A stretch of DNA of 64,000 bases from Rhodosorus marinus CCMP1338 (GCA_029953675.1 JAMWBK010000012.1:496001-560000); one strand, 5' to 3'. Positions 1-12,249 are shown, numbered from the stretch's first letter. The notes: generated by a model not told the origin, from the letters alone. Numbers and translations: made by a program.

Positions 1-183
1 TGGACCCGTCATCAGCGCCCCACTTCGGCTCCTCAGGATCCATAGCTCCGAATAAACTGTTCATCATCACATCAACGAAGTTGCGGTTGGAGCTCGCCGG
101 GGATTTCTAGATTCACGACACTTTTTATTTATCAGTCGTGGGGAAGTTTGTGGAGTCCGAACCGGATATGCATCGACTAGTTA

Positions 184-208
184 ATTAAACCATTCGTTCG
201 TTCGTTCG
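184..208 (+). mobile_element. Family A tail-only remnant ATTAAACCATTCG(TTCG)3
   Basis: Matches the family A 3' terminus seen at 63824-63840 and (inverted) at 12341-12357; TCGACT occurs at 173-178 and 206-211 (possible TSD). Confidence 0.6.
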
Positions 209-360
209 ACTCGTATACCGGATTCCCTCCCAATTAGCCAACACGTGTACCTAGGTGCTCTAATAATCCTCCAATTTTTTCCATTCATTCAATAATCCTC
301 CAATACATGATGACCACTTTTGTCAGGAATCCTCATTGATTCTAATTCGGTTCTACTGTA

Positions 361-2780
361 CACTATCTACACACCAATTGTATTATCCCACCCACGGTTT
401 CTACTCTGTAACTTTCCAACTATCCCAAGCACAAGTTCAGTCCCGTAAAACAGACGAGGAGGGCCGTTTCCTTCGTCATTGCCGAGGAAACGGAAAAACC
501 TAGATATACGGAGAGAACATATGTAGTATATGTTCTGAGGATTTTTTTGTTTAATTAAGGTTTACATCTGTAAACAATAGGGAATATTCTAGGCTCTATT
601 GGCATTAGATATAGTACGAAGAACTATAAATATATATAGAAAGGTATAAAATTCTCGAACGTGAATTTTATATAGGGTACCCTATAAATTCCAAGTCCCT
701 CCCAGTCCGGCTCCATGCGCAGGTCTACAAGTGTCCCAATGTACAATGCCGGCGACTCTCATCCGTAAATGTACTTTCATTTCCTCGGGAACCGCATCAT
801 CTTCATTCGGGAACATAAATTCGCGTCTTGCACCCCGTTGGGTGCTACGCGCGAAGCTGTTCCTCGTCCGCAAGGTCGCGTTAGGCCTGCTCCTGCTTAG
901 GGCCAGAAGCTATGTTAGTAAAGCCACCGTCAAGAGAAGTCGACGTTCCTGAACATGGGTTGTTTGGGGTCAGTTTGCCGCGATTCGTGTAAGAGAGTGA
1001 ACTCTAATCGTCATTGGCACGCAGAGGCCGGGGGAGAGGAGACAAGACTAATTCATTATTCTTTTGGAGCGCTGGGAGTTTCTTCCGTGACCACACTGAC
1101 GCTCTCGAGAATATTATATTTCTTTTCGGATTCTCCGTCTCCGCACCGCCGTTCTTAGTTGGGAGGCCAGCTCCCGCATGTTCCCTGGGCTCCCGCACCT
1201 TCCCTAGCGTGCTACATTCCGGAATCTTACCATGCTACTAAACAGATCTTTCCGTCTGCACGGACACGAATAAATTTTGTTTCTATTCCCCTAGTAATTC
1301 CGGAGGCGCACTCCCGTGCCGCATTCCGCAACTTTAGCCTTCTATTAAACTGATCATTCCCCCTGAAATGACATGAATAAAAGCTTGTTTCTACACTGGT
1401 GGTTTTACTAATTCAATTGAAGTCTGCACCGCTCTGCACCGCTCCATACAGCCCGTTCTTGAAATTCAGAGGGGAATTGAACTGGCAGCGCTGGGTGTTT
1501 GCCTGTCGCGTGTGCACAAATTTCGGGGAAAAATCCGGTCTTTGCTCGTATTTCCCAAGCTCTTCTTCGTTGAAGACGGAGAGTCAGCCGTCGTCTCATC
1601 GCGAGTTCTCTGGATCATTCGAAGTATTTCATTCTCCATTTTTGGTGTATCTAGAGCGAAATAAGAGCCTTAATGGTGCGGCTCGGTAGATAGTTGCCAA
1701 CCAACGGCCACAAGGTCCCCCCGTTCCCGCCCAACGCGAGCTACTTCCGGAGGAATATTGCATGTCGTAGCGTTTTTTAGCGCCACTGTGAGTGGTTGCC
1801 AATGCAGCTACGGTTCTACGAACAGACTGTCTTCAAATAGAAGTTGAATAAGCTCAACTGTCGATTGTCTACGAAATCCTTGACCTCCAATTCATCTCAC
1901 TAAACTTCTGTCCCCTCTCCGTAGTTTCCCCAACCTGTAATCCCGCATTGTGTGACTAGGCAATCTATTCCTGCAACACATGATGACAATTTGGGTCAGC
2001 ACAGTATACTATCTATCATCAATTGTACTATCCCACCCACGGTTTCTAATCTGATTTTCCAAGTATGTCTATGACAAATTCAGCCGCAGAGAACAGATTT
2101 TGAGAGGGATCCTTTTCTTCGTCAATGCAAAAGGAAACAAAAAAATCTAAATGTACGAAGAGAACATAACTAGCATATGTTCTGAGGAAGCTTTTAGTTC
2201 ACTAAGATGCTCGTCTGTAAACAAACGGGTATTCTAGGCTCTATCGGCCTTGGATGTAGTACAAAGTACAAAAATCTATAAAAAGGTACAAGGAGGATAA
2301 AACTCTCCGAGGGTACCGTACAAGATCAGAATCCCTCCACTCCCGCTCCTTGCGCAGCCCCAAAAGCGTCGGAATGCACCAAATCGATACCGCAACTGGA
2401 ATTTTATCCTTTGACTAAACTGATCGTTCCGTCTGAACCGACCTGAACCTAAGTTCGTTTCTACACTGGTGGTGCACTGGTGGTGCACTGGTGGTTTTAC
2501 TGGCTCAATTAAAGTTCGCCCACTGCTCTGTCGTACCGCTCCGTACCGCCTTGAGCGTTTTCAGGTAGTTTAAATGCAGCGCTTGGTGCCCACTTGTCCT
2601 GTGTTCGCATTTCAGGAAAAGTCTGGTCACTGCTCAATTATCCCAAGCTCTTCGTTCAAAAAGGGGATTCAACCGCCTTCGTTTTTCTCAATGATTGTAC
2701 TCTGAGATCTTTCGTGGTCCTTCATTTCTCGGTTTTTGGTTACGTATGTAGCGTGCAATAAGAATGCTACTGGTGCGGTT
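361..2780. repeat. Degenerate direct duplication: 361-680 ~ 2005-2300 and 1385-1690 ~ 2455-2780
   Basis: Shared blocks such as TATCCCACCCACGGTTTCTA, GCATATGTTCTGAGG and GTTTCTACACTGGTGG. Confidence 0.75.
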
Positions 2781-3030
2781 CCGTAGATAACTGCCAAATA
2801 ACGACTGCAATGTGTTGCTTACCCCTTCGCTCTGCCTGCCCCCTCAGCCCCGAGTAACAGTTTCCCGGAAGTATAAATATCCGCTTTTCAACGTATTGAG
2901 AGAAAGGGCTATTTCGGGACACTGTAAAAAGCGTTTTAGGGGAGGTCATAAATGCAGAAAGTTTGTGATATTTAAAATGATTATCTATTTTTGGTAATTT
3001 GAGAACAAGTAGAAATCTAAATATAGGTGT

Positions 3031-3091
3031 AGCTCGACCTTCTTTCCGGGCAGAGAGGAGTCTCCTCTCTGCCCGGAAAGAAGGTCGAGCT
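3031..3091. repeat. Perfect palindrome, 30-bp arms with 1-nt spacer
   Basis: AGCTCGACCTTCTTTCCGGGCAGAGAGGAG-T-CTCCTCTCTGCCCGGAAAGAAGGTCGAGCT. Confidence 0.97.
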
Positions 3092-3796
3092 CGGAATCCT
3101 TCGCTCAGTTTTCATTCTAATCTATGCAGATTCCGAGTAGATACATTCATTCTGTCGACGCTCAGTTCAGCTCTGCTCTGCTTTTGGCTATGTTTAGCTT
3201 GGCAGCACCTTAATTCTTCGGTTCTCCCCGCGCCGGCCCCGCAAGCTTTCTCTTCATTTCCCTGGCTTTTGACATCCGCTCCCGGTTTGAGGGCGCTCTA
3301 CGTGTCTGTTTGCATTCATCAAAATTTCAGTGGGCAGGGGATCTGGTTGCCTCCAGTTAGATGCGGGTTGTATCAACCCCGCCCACCAGAGTCCCTGGAA
3401 CGGATACTGTCCGGATTGGAGAATTCGTTGCTCTGCCGTGTGAGAAGTGCGGCATTATTGATGGTAATTTGAGCGGTTTTTAGGGTACAGAGCTGACCTG
3501 TAATGGTTGCAATGGCTACCAGTTGGTTGCTTTTGGTGGTTTGCTGGTTTGGACAGCCCGGCTGAATTAAAAGAGGGAGTTAGTGTTTTTTTGTGGTTTC
3601 GAGTTCCCGATGGCCACGTTTGTGGAGGGATGATGGGGTTGTGAAAGGGTTGTTCATAGGGCAAAGGCAGAAACTAGCACCTCTGAAGAATGTCAGCGAT
3701 ATCCACCTTGGGGGGTTATAAGTAGTTCAGCTGTGATGGTTGACTTTCTTCTCCAACGGTTGGATTTGAAGTGACAACTGCTCAAAAGGGATTGAT

Positions 3797-4348
3797 ATGG
3801 CGTGCGGAATTATACGAGGTAATTATTTTGAATTTCATGGTATGCAGGGTGAGAGGTTTGAGCGAGATTTGGCGGTTCACCGCGCCAGGTTGATGTCTGA
3901 GACGAAATATCACTCGGCTGCAGCAGCCAGCGGAACTTCGAGTGGTGCTGGTGGAGGTGGTGGAGGCGATAGTAGTGGTGTTTATAGACGTGATCAGCCA
4001 GTGAGGAAGCGTTGGGCATGTCCCGATTGCGGAAAGACTTTTGCGAATAGCAGCAACTGTACAAAGCACGTTAAAGTGGTCCATATGAAGGAGAAACAGC
4101 ACCGCTGTTCGTCGTGCGGGAGGCAGTTCTCCCAGAAGACGGATGTACAGCGGCACTTCAGGAGGGTGCACCGACAGGCCATGATGTCCATCAACATGCT
4201 GTGCTCTCCCGACGATGAGAGCCGCAAGGACAGTCGCAAAGACAGCGGCGGAGAGGGTGGTGCATCGTCCAAGGCGAAGACCACGAGCAACACCTCCCCG
4301 AATTCCTCTCAGAGCGACGGAATCAACACCAGGATCGTGCTTCTTTAG
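3797..4348 (+). CDS. Two-finger C2H2 zinc-finger protein (183 aa; 5' end may be spliced or start at a later ATG)
   Basis: CPDCGKTFANSSNCTKHVKVVH and CSSCGRQFSQKTDVQRHFRRVH. Confidence 0.9.
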   Translation: MACGIIRGNYFEFHGMQGERFERDLAVHRARLMSETKYHSAAAASGTSSGAGGGGGGDSSGVYRRDQPVRKRWACPDCGKTFANSSNCTKHVKVVHMKEKQHRCSSCGRQFSQKTDVQRHFRRVHRQAMMSINMLCSPDDESRKDSRKDSGGEGGASSKAKTTSNTSPNSSQSDGINTRIVLL

Positions 4349-4803
4349 GATGTGAATAATTTTTATTTATAGACTCGGTGGCTCCTAGGAACCACTTCCA
4401 GGCCCAGATCTTTAGACCCTGAGATTGTCTAAAGGCCTTCATGGCAGAACCAAACGACTGGGACAATTCAGTGACCCGGGTACGACCGGTCACAAAGTCC
4501 CCAAAGTCTAAGTCTTTACTGGAGGTGAATAAAACACGGAGCTGGTTTTCGTTTGACTTCGGGATCAGATTCATGATTGTAGGCAGATCTTCTCGAGGAA
4601 ACAGGCCATTCAGGGTTGCCTCTGCACGTCTCATACAGAGTTCGCGCGATTACGTCGTGTAGCCGAGGGTTTGGTATCGACCGACTGCTTGGAGCCAACA
4701 CTGTCCGCTCGAACTTGTTCCTTCTTAGCCAGACTCTGCAAGAAGAGTACTGGTTCAATATGTATCTCAAAGTCGTAAAATCGTCCATGCTCACATAGGT
4801 AAC

Positions 4804-5001
4804 GGAAATGTTTTGCTGAGCATCCTACTGAATATTTGGCGCTCTTGAGGCGTTTAAGTGTCTCCCTTTGGCGATATTCCAGCGACATTCTTTCCGAGGC
4901 GCGCCATCGGCGCCTTGGGTTGCATGCTTCCCTCCCTAGTTATTAGTTCATCTTCACGCCTTGCGTAGCGCTTCAGGCTATGCTAGTAAAGTCCAGTCCA
5001 T
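4804..5001 (+). mobile_element. Family B 5'-truncated copy with 9-bp TSD ATAGGTAAC
   Basis: B 3' end and tail AGTAAAGTCCAGTCC; TSD at 4795-4803 and 5002-5010. Confidence 0.9.
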
Positions 5002-6249
5002 ATAGGTAACTAGTGAACACGGTCATCTCCTCGTCCACGAGTCAGGCCTTTCCGGATAGCAATGTCATCACTCCGCCGGGGTGAAAAGCACTTACGTCTC
5101 GAAGTATCCATCTGGTATCGCTGCTAGGAGTTCTTCATACATGGTCTTGACTAGGCTCCTCTACTGCTCGCCACATCTGGGCGCTGAGATTGCTTGCCAA
5201 GCTCAACCAGATGCTCCATGAGCTATACACTGCACGCCAGAGGAAGTATCGTTCACACAGAGACGTAAAGAGTACTTTAACGGTCGGCAGGAGTTCAGTT
5301 GGCTGTCGCACCAGCGCGGATTGTGTGGTCTTATCAGGTCGCTGTGTTAATAACAGTTCAAGTAGAGTGAGTTCCCGCTCACCCGTTCACTGCGAGATCG
5401 CCATCGTCGGGTGCCGGAGTTGTTTCTACCAAGTGCCCTGATCAATTCGTTCGGAGGATCGCCGATAGACTCGAGGTTCTACCTCCTCCGATGACTCAAC
5501 CATACGTTCCGGAAGTCAACCTGTGCCTGGAACGCACTCATGCAAATTCTCCCCCACTTGAATTTTCTAGTTCTCGACAGCGCGAACCATTGACTGATTG
5601 TTTCCAAACTTGATGATGCATTGTCCCATCGTGGCTGAAATGATCCCATCAAGTGTCCTGCCCTACTCGATCGCTTTCGCTTGCCGGTTTCCTCGTTACT
5701 CTCTTCAGGGTAGAACCCAGTTGAGGGGGCTACGCGTGAGGTTGACAGTGAAGTGCTGGATCTCCGATTGCTTTATCATCCATGTTTGGACCGCTTTTGG
5801 GAAATTCAATGGGCAGTTACGCGTTACGGTTGAATCGCCATTAAGTTCCCCGTCATGTCTCCAATGCAGCCCCTCGAAATCTCTATGATGCCCACGCGCT
5901 GAAGCCGATAAACTCTCCAGATATTGTCATGCCATCGAGGTTCACAGTGACCTGCAATTTGTGCTGTTCGACGTTGAAGATGTGCCCAGTATTCCTCAGA
6001 GAACCTAACGGAACACCTAGATTGTAAAGCTGGTGCTCTGATCGCAGTAAATGCTCAGAATTCTTGAGGGTCGCCCTCTGCCGCGTTGGGTGGCAAACGA
6101 TTTTCGCACTCTATTCAAGTGAAACCCCTCGTTTAGGAGTATCCTTCCTCTCTCCACTGATTTTGGGGCCGTTTCCTGGTCCCTCAAGTCGGCCCTTAAT
6201 AGCAAAGCTACCGAAAATTCTTCTCTGTCCCACTGATACCTGATCCCCC

Positions 6250-6635
6250 TTGGCTTCGCAAAATGTTCCGCGAGCACCCCGACCGGTTTTCCTCGTTGAC
6301 CAGTCTGAGTTTCTCGTTGCGCCGTATGAAAGCTGCTTTGATGTTGGAGACGTAATCTTCGCCCTCAGCAGTCTTTTTAACCCACCCGGTTTGCTCTTTC
6401 CTTTCTCCGTCTCCGAAGAGAAGGCGGGTTTGGAGTGGTTGCGGAAATGTTTCACTGACATCCTGTTGAATACTTGGAACGTTTGCGGCGTTTAAGTGTC
6501 TCTCTGTGGCGATATTCGAGCAGCATGCTTGCCGAGGCGCGCCATCGGCGCCTGGGTTTGCACGCTTCCCTACCTAGTTCTTAGTCGCTTTTCACGGTTT
6601 GCGTAGCGCTTTAGGCTATTCTAATAAAGCCAATA
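6250..6635 (+). mobile_element. Family A 3' fragment (about 6250-6416) fused directly to family B 3' fragment (about 6417-6635)
   Basis: A-type GCTGCTTTGATGTTGGAG...CTCCGA followed by B-type GGGTTTGGAGTGGTTGCGGAAATG...AATAAAGCC. Confidence 0.75.
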
Positions 6636-6724
6636 GAAACACGATATGACGGACGTCCCAAACAGAGCATGAAATCTGTATCAAGTTATGACCGACACTT
6701 TTTTCAGTTCCGAATGAACAGCTT

Positions 6725-6926
6725 GAGCATCCTGTTGAATACTTGGAACTGTTGCGGCGTTTAAATGTCTCTCTGTGGCGATATTCGAACAGCATGCTTG
6801 CCGAGACGCGCCATCGGCGCCTGGGTTTGCACGCTTCCCTACCTAGTTCTTAGTTGCTTTTCACGGTTTGCGTAGCGCTTTAGGCTATGCTAATATGCTA
6901 ATAAAGCCAATAAAGCCAATAAAGAC
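6725..6926 (+). mobile_element. Family B 5'-truncated copy with 12-bp TSD AATGAACAGCTT
   Basis: (AATAAAGCC)n tail; TSD at 6713-6724 and 6927-6938. Confidence 0.9.
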
Positions 6927-7142
6927 AATGAACAGCTTCATTCACCACAGAAGGCGTCATACGGAACTGTTCAAGGATTTGAGTATTGATGGTCAAGAAT
7001 TGTTGTGAAATTTAAGTCTTAATCGTATAGTAGTATAGTTTTATTTTCGCATTTCATAAATACATGACATTCTGGTTTGTTGTTTTGGGGTTGAGGCCCT
7101 AGAAGTCATTCAGAAGTCGTGTGAGAGTGTCTTCTCGGTACC

Positions 7143-7568
7143 CTACGGCTTGTATTTTGATGAGTACGAAATTTCTTCATTTTCTGGACAGCATAGAGTG
7201 GTAATAGACATGAGATCCGACCGGTGCATGCGGTTGAAGTGTCGGGACAGGTCGATTTTCTGGAAAAAGATCTTCCTGCATGAGGAGCACTGGTGGAGCC
7301 TCTCTTTCTCATGAACCACGCGTATGTGCTTGTTACAATTGCTCTTGTTAGAAAGCCCTTTACCGCAGTAGGTACAAGAGGTCCTTTTCGACTTCCGTGA
7401 GGTATCGCTCCCCTTCACCTTCACCGGCTTTCTGTGACATCTTATTCTTTCAAGCCCCTCCACATCCCCATCTACCCCGGCAGACGATAGCAGAGATTGA
7501 GTATCCTCCGAATCCATTGTACTCAAACTCAGACATTCTCCAGAACCTTTCCACTCAATACCCGCCAT
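7143..7568 (-). CDS. Two-finger C2H2 zinc-finger protein (141 aa), paralog of 3797-4348
   Basis: CTYCGKGLSNKSNCNKHIRVVH and CSSCRKIFFQKIDLSRHFNRMH; ATG at 7568. Confidence 0.88.
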   Translation of the reverse strand: MAGIEWKGSGECLSLSTMDSEDTQSLLSSAGVDGDVEGLERIRCHRKPVKVKGSDTSRKSKRTSCTYCGKGLSNKSNCNKHIRVVHEKERLHQCSSCRKIFFQKIDLSRHFNRMHRSDLMSITTLCCPENEEISYSSKYKP

Positions 7569-9001
7569 ACTTGCCTTTCTTTTCCCCTCCTCTTGTTGAC
7601 CCCTTCCGCGTCTCCCCCAGCCACCCTAGTACTGTGTCCTTCAGAACGTCAGCCTTTTAACATGGATCGATGGCTGCGATGGCTGAGGAGGAAGCCAAGA
7701 AAAAAACCAAAAAGCTTTCGTCTTTAAAAACTACGAGAAAGCTAATCTGCCCTGTGCTCATGCAAAAACCAGGGAAAAAAGGATGAAATTTTTGTTTCTT
7801 GTGAAAAGGATATGATGACGCAAAGTTTCCTCGTTTCGAAAGTCAGACCAGGCTCTCTTGACTTTTCTTTGTTTTTATCCTTCTCAGCAGCCTTTCCACC
7901 TGTATCCTTCCCACCTCTCTGAATGAATGGTTGCAATGAGGATCGCGAACGTTAGTCGACGTTAGTCGACGTTGGGCTCTTGCAAACAGGTAAACTTTTC
8001 CTTCTTTTTTGACGCTCCCTTTTTCCCCCCGCCGCTGAAACCCCACTTTCTCTTTATTTCGCTTCCCAACGGATGGTGTGGCCGCCTTCACATCTGACTA
8101 CTTTAGACAAATTACCAAAAGTCTTGTGCTTACTCTTCCTCCCTCCCCTCCCCCCCCCCCCCCCTGCTGCCTGTGCTCCCCGGACTGTTGCGATGTAACT
8201 CTCTTCCAACGCTTTTTTCTTTTTTTATCCTCTCAGGATTTGTCTTAAGCAAACTTCCTTCAAGAGGTTGACTGAACTTTCAACGGATAGGAACTCCCCT
8301 TCCATCCAAAGCTCCCTCCCTCCCTCTCCCCACTCGCCGTAACGCTCCACCTGCCCAGCAATAATGATTCCTCCGACTGAACCTTAGTGAAGAACTGCTT
8401 CCGGAACGTCTAATTCCAATAAATATTCCAAAAACGACAATGTTATTTATGTCTTACAAAACAAATTAAAATATTACTTAAATTTATATCATAAATTAAA
8501 ACTATTCAGTGGATGATGTCAATCAAATGTTGACATTCTTTCCTCGAAAATGAATCGTGTCGGTTCGTTAGGTCACTGCTACAAGCCTCTTATTGGGTGT
8601 ACGATAAGATATATATTTTTAAAATATTCTACACTTCCGCTCCGCCTAAATAGAAAAAAAAGGGCGAGGTGGATTTTGATACGTTTTCTTGGAAAGATTT
8701 GGTAACATTTTTTCAGCAAATGGAAAGATAAGAAAGCATCGGAAACGTGGTCTCATCGAATTATCCGCATCTCCTTGGGAGTTTGGTTGGCCAAGTAACT
8801 TCTACCCGCCTACAATTTACTCTACCCAACGCTCTCCAAGGCCATGCCTGGACGCCAGTATTTGTTTCCTTAAGAGCTGGTTTTACCCATCTCGCCCAAG
8901 CAAGGGAAACGTGGGCCGCAAGTCTCAACAGAAACCGGTCGCCTAAGGATGAGCCTAGAAGACAGGCTGTCTAACTTTTGGTTGTAATTTATAAAGAAAA
9001 A

Positions 9002-9247
9002 CTAATTATTGGGAAGTTCGATGAGTTGGGTCCTAATGGGAAGTGCACTTTGGGACGGAGAGCGGGTAGAGGGGTTTATTGTTTTTTTGACCGCCCGAGG
9101 TTGTTGTCGGCATCGCGAAGCATATGGCAGGAACCTCTGGCGGGGGTGTGCCACGGAGAGGTAATTAGGAGGACTTGTTTGGGTGAAAGTACTGATGAAT
9201 GTGAAGACAATTGCGAACAGGGCTGCTTTGATAGCCCGTCCTCTCAT
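9002..9247 (-). other. Possible first exon of a signal-anchor protein
   Basis: ATG start, MRGRAIKAALFAIVFTFISTF hydrophobic segment; no recognised homology. Confidence 0.2.
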
Positions 9248-9724
9248 CCCAAAGGTGGGTTACAGGGAGGGTAATCTTGCAATGCGTTCTCTTGTAAAAG
9301 CAGACCCACCACCAACCCAGCCCTTTTTCTCTTTCTCTCTCTCCATAGTGAATGGCGAGCGACGTTAGACGAGCACGAACGTATTTAGATCTGCTGAAAT
9401 TGCATCGTTTTCTTTTGCGTCGGAAGGGGGGTCGGAGGGGGATAGACTTCGGGACTTAGCACCGACGGGGGTCATGAAGGTGGTTACATTATCAAGGTTT
9501 TAAGGGGGTATACGGGAGGACAAAAAATTTCGAAACCGTTTCTGAAGCATGGTTTGGAATGTTTTCTGATGGTGGCGGATCACTTTCTATTCTTCCACCC
9601 CATCACGTCGATACGGTCTCCATCTTTAAAGGAAAAAGAAGGGGGTGGGAGGTAATTAACGTGAATCTCCTTTATTGTTATTTTATTATACGGCGACAAA
9701 TCGTCTGATAGAGATCATCCGGAA

Positions 9725-9773
9725 ACGAAGCAGATTGGCTCCTTCTTAAAAAGCAGGAGCCAATCTGCTTCGT
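9725..9773. repeat. Perfect hairpin, 19-bp stem, 11-nt loop
   Basis: ACGAAGCAGATTGGCTCCT / AGGAGCCAATCTGCTTCGT. Confidence 0.95.
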
Positions 9774-10069
9774 CACGAAATTCTACGCAAAACATAGGGA
9801 CCCTTGCTCTGATCTATTTCTGCTAATTGAGACGAGGAACCTTCGTAAAATATTTTGATTCATAATTTCTCTTGTTAATTTGTGTAAATAAGAATAAATG
9901 TGCTCGAAACTTAGTTTAGACGATTTATTTCTAGAGATTCTTACTGACAAGGTATCTGACCTTGAGCGGGATGTAGCCACTCTAAACGCAAGAAGGCGTC
10001 CAATGGCAAAGATCGGGGGGTTGACCCACTGACTCTATGCCAAAAGTAGTCCGCTTCAGACGCAGGGGT

Positions 10070-11910
10070 GAAAACCGCTATCTTAACCCGAACCCAAGAA
10101 ACCCCAGACTAACGTAACCCCTGTCCTTTTAAACTGTGTTCCCTATTTTGCTTTGCTCTTCTTCTGCTTACCCTAATATCCCTGATACTCTCTGTGGGGA
10201 AGATGTGCTTCTACCATCGGCAGATCTAGCGTTGTCTAATCCATAGTTATTGATACTCTGGTCGTTGGTGGTGGTTTTACTAACATAGCCTGATGCGCTA
10301 CGTAAGATGTAAAAGGAAACTAGGCACTAGGGAGAAGAGCATGCAAGCCCAGGCGGCGGTGGTGCGACGGCGAGCATGTTGCTTGAATACCGCCAGAGAG
10401 CGGCACTCAAACGGCGGAGGTGCACCGGATATTCTTCAGGATGTTTGGTAAAACACTTACGTAGCCACTCCAAGCTTGACTTTTCCAGATGCCCAAAGGT
10501 TTCCACAATGAAAGGCTGGAACCTGTGAGATCGGTCCTCTTCCCGGGAAAGACTGGACATGCTCTCAGCGTACCGTCGATCCTTCACACGGTGAAGTACA
10601 GAAGCTGCTCCACCCCTGCGGAGAGCGTCAAAAGGGAGATATGTACCGGACACGGGGCACGTGATAACGAGGTCCCCATATGCTGAGCGGCTGAGCTGCT
10701 GCGTCCGAAACCAGGAGATCTGCGATGCAACGAGGAGGGGTGGTTGCGGAGGATGTTCGAGGCAGTGCGGATTCTACCTCGACCATGTTGTCAACTCTTG
10801 TCAACTGTACGCTCAGGATTAATTTCAGGCGCGCGTATCTCTTCGTGCGATGACCTCGCAGCAGTCCGGAAAATGGTACCCACACCCGTCGACACAGCTC
10901 GCACAACCTTGGCAGAAGGGAGGGCGATTGGAATGCCGCGGGGTCTGTAGCAAACCCAGGTAGATGGGTGCCGCGGTCCGGAACTGGAAGGCGTCCAGTC
11001 GTTTGGCCCCGTGACGAGCGCAGAGTGGTTAGGCATAGATGGGATAAATGACCTCCAATGCACCGTAGACGAACCGTGGTGGTAGGCGGTGCCAGGGGAG
11101 AGTTGAACAAGATTGCATGAGCAGCACTGTCTTTACCCCAAGTGAGGCTATGTTGGATCACATCATCCGTTTATTCAGAGCCTAACTACCCTGAGAAGCG
11201 AGAAACGAGACGCTGATGACGCGCGTTCAACAATAAAGCAGCGTTGGAACGCCAGATCAATACTGCGGTGGAAGACTCCGCAGTCAATAGTTGAGCCGGG
11301 GACCCGCAAAAAAATTGGGAAATAGAACACGCCGATTGCAGCATACCTCCAGGAAGCGCTCAATGGTATCTCCTAACTGCCTGTGCCCGGTCAAAACTCG
11401 TTCGCACGAGGCATAGCCACCCCAAAACTCTAGCTCGCGTATACTCTCAATCATCCCGATGGGCCGAAGACGCGGGTGCTCAGGCGAGTGATCGGCATTT
11501 ACAAACAAACTGTGCCCACCGTAAGTGTGCCCACGGTGCGGACGCGCGTACAGTTCCCTGCAAAAACGCATTCTGAATCTTCACCAATGCACGTCGGCTG
11601 TCTCGCTCAGACTGCAATAATTCCGTGCGAAGGCCTGAAAGCCCAGGGGAACGTCCACGACGAGAGGTAAGGAAAGTTCCTGCAAATCGGACCCGCAGAG
11701 CGTGAAACCCTCTATCTTAACCCAAACCCGAATAAACCCTGTACTTTTACTGTGCTTCCTATTTTTCCTTGCCCTTCTTCTACTTCCCGTGAACTCTAGA
11801 ACCCTTTTGTTCACTAATATCTCCAATACTCTCTGTGGGGAAGGTCTGCTTCTGACATCGGCAGATGTAGCGTTGCCTAATCCATAGTGATTTGTCCTAT
11901 GGTCGTTAGT
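10070..11910. repeat. About 200-bp diverged direct repeats (10070-10266 and 11705-11910) flanking a B block
   Basis: Shared ATACTCTCTGTGGGGAAG and CATCGGCAGAT.TAGCGTTG.CTAATCCATAGT. Confidence 0.75.
10266..11571 (-). mobile_element. Degenerate family B copy: 3' 900 bp (knuckle and RLE) plus scrambled RT fragments at 11284-11571
   Basis: RFQPFIVETFGHLEKSSLEWLRK, CIADLLVSD, HPRLRPIGMIESIR. Confidence 0.85.
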
Positions 11911-12016
11911 TTTTTTCTCTTGGATCTTCACAGCAACCTCTGCAAGCTCTGCAAGCTAATCGCCGTTCAATTTCACTGAACAGCTCCTAATCGACACAAT
12001 TCCTATTCCTAATCAT

Positions 12017-12138
12017 TTCAACTCGTTCACTGACTTGGTCTTCAATTCGCCAACTGATTTGGGCTTCAACTTACTTGGTCTCAACTCGTTAACTGACTTG
12101 GTCTTCAACTCGTCGCTGACTGACTTAGTCTTCAACTC
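12017..12138. repeat. Degenerate 24-bp minisatellite (TTCAACTCGTTAACTGACTTGGTC)-like, about 5 units
   Basis: Recurrent TTCAACTCG...CTGACTTGGTC units with indels. Confidence 0.8.
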
Positions 12139-12183
12139 AGCGTAGCTAGATTTGAAATTCAAGTAAAACCCTCTTTGTTGTTC

Positions 12184-12231
12184 GATCAGTCAGCAAGCAG
12201 AACCTCGATCAGTTCTGCTTGCTGGCTGATC
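12184..12231. repeat. Hairpin, 20-bp stem (one G-T pair), 8-nt loop
   Basis: GATCAGTCAGCAAGCAGAAC / GTTCTGCTTGCTGGCTGATC. Confidence 0.93.
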
Positions 12232-12249
12232 TGTTTTCGTTATTGTTAG

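Noticed and set aside
2463-2502. B tail-only insertion (CACTGGTGGTG x3 then TTTTACTGG)
   Set aside because: It resembles tail variants, but the core is shared with the paralog at about 1393 and lacks the diagnostic B terminus; simple slippage explains it.
4323-5150. Host gene disrupted by the B insertion at 4804-5001
   Set aside because: Removing the insert gives only a 62-codon ORF with no recognisable homology; this is insufficient support.
10080-10120. Telomeric repeats (AACCC-rich, also 11715-11740)
   Set aside because: Too degenerate and not tandem; part of a dispersed 200-bp duplication.
12017-12138. CRISPR-like repeat array
   Set aside because: Units are contiguous with no unique spacers, there are no cas genes, and the context is eukaryotic.
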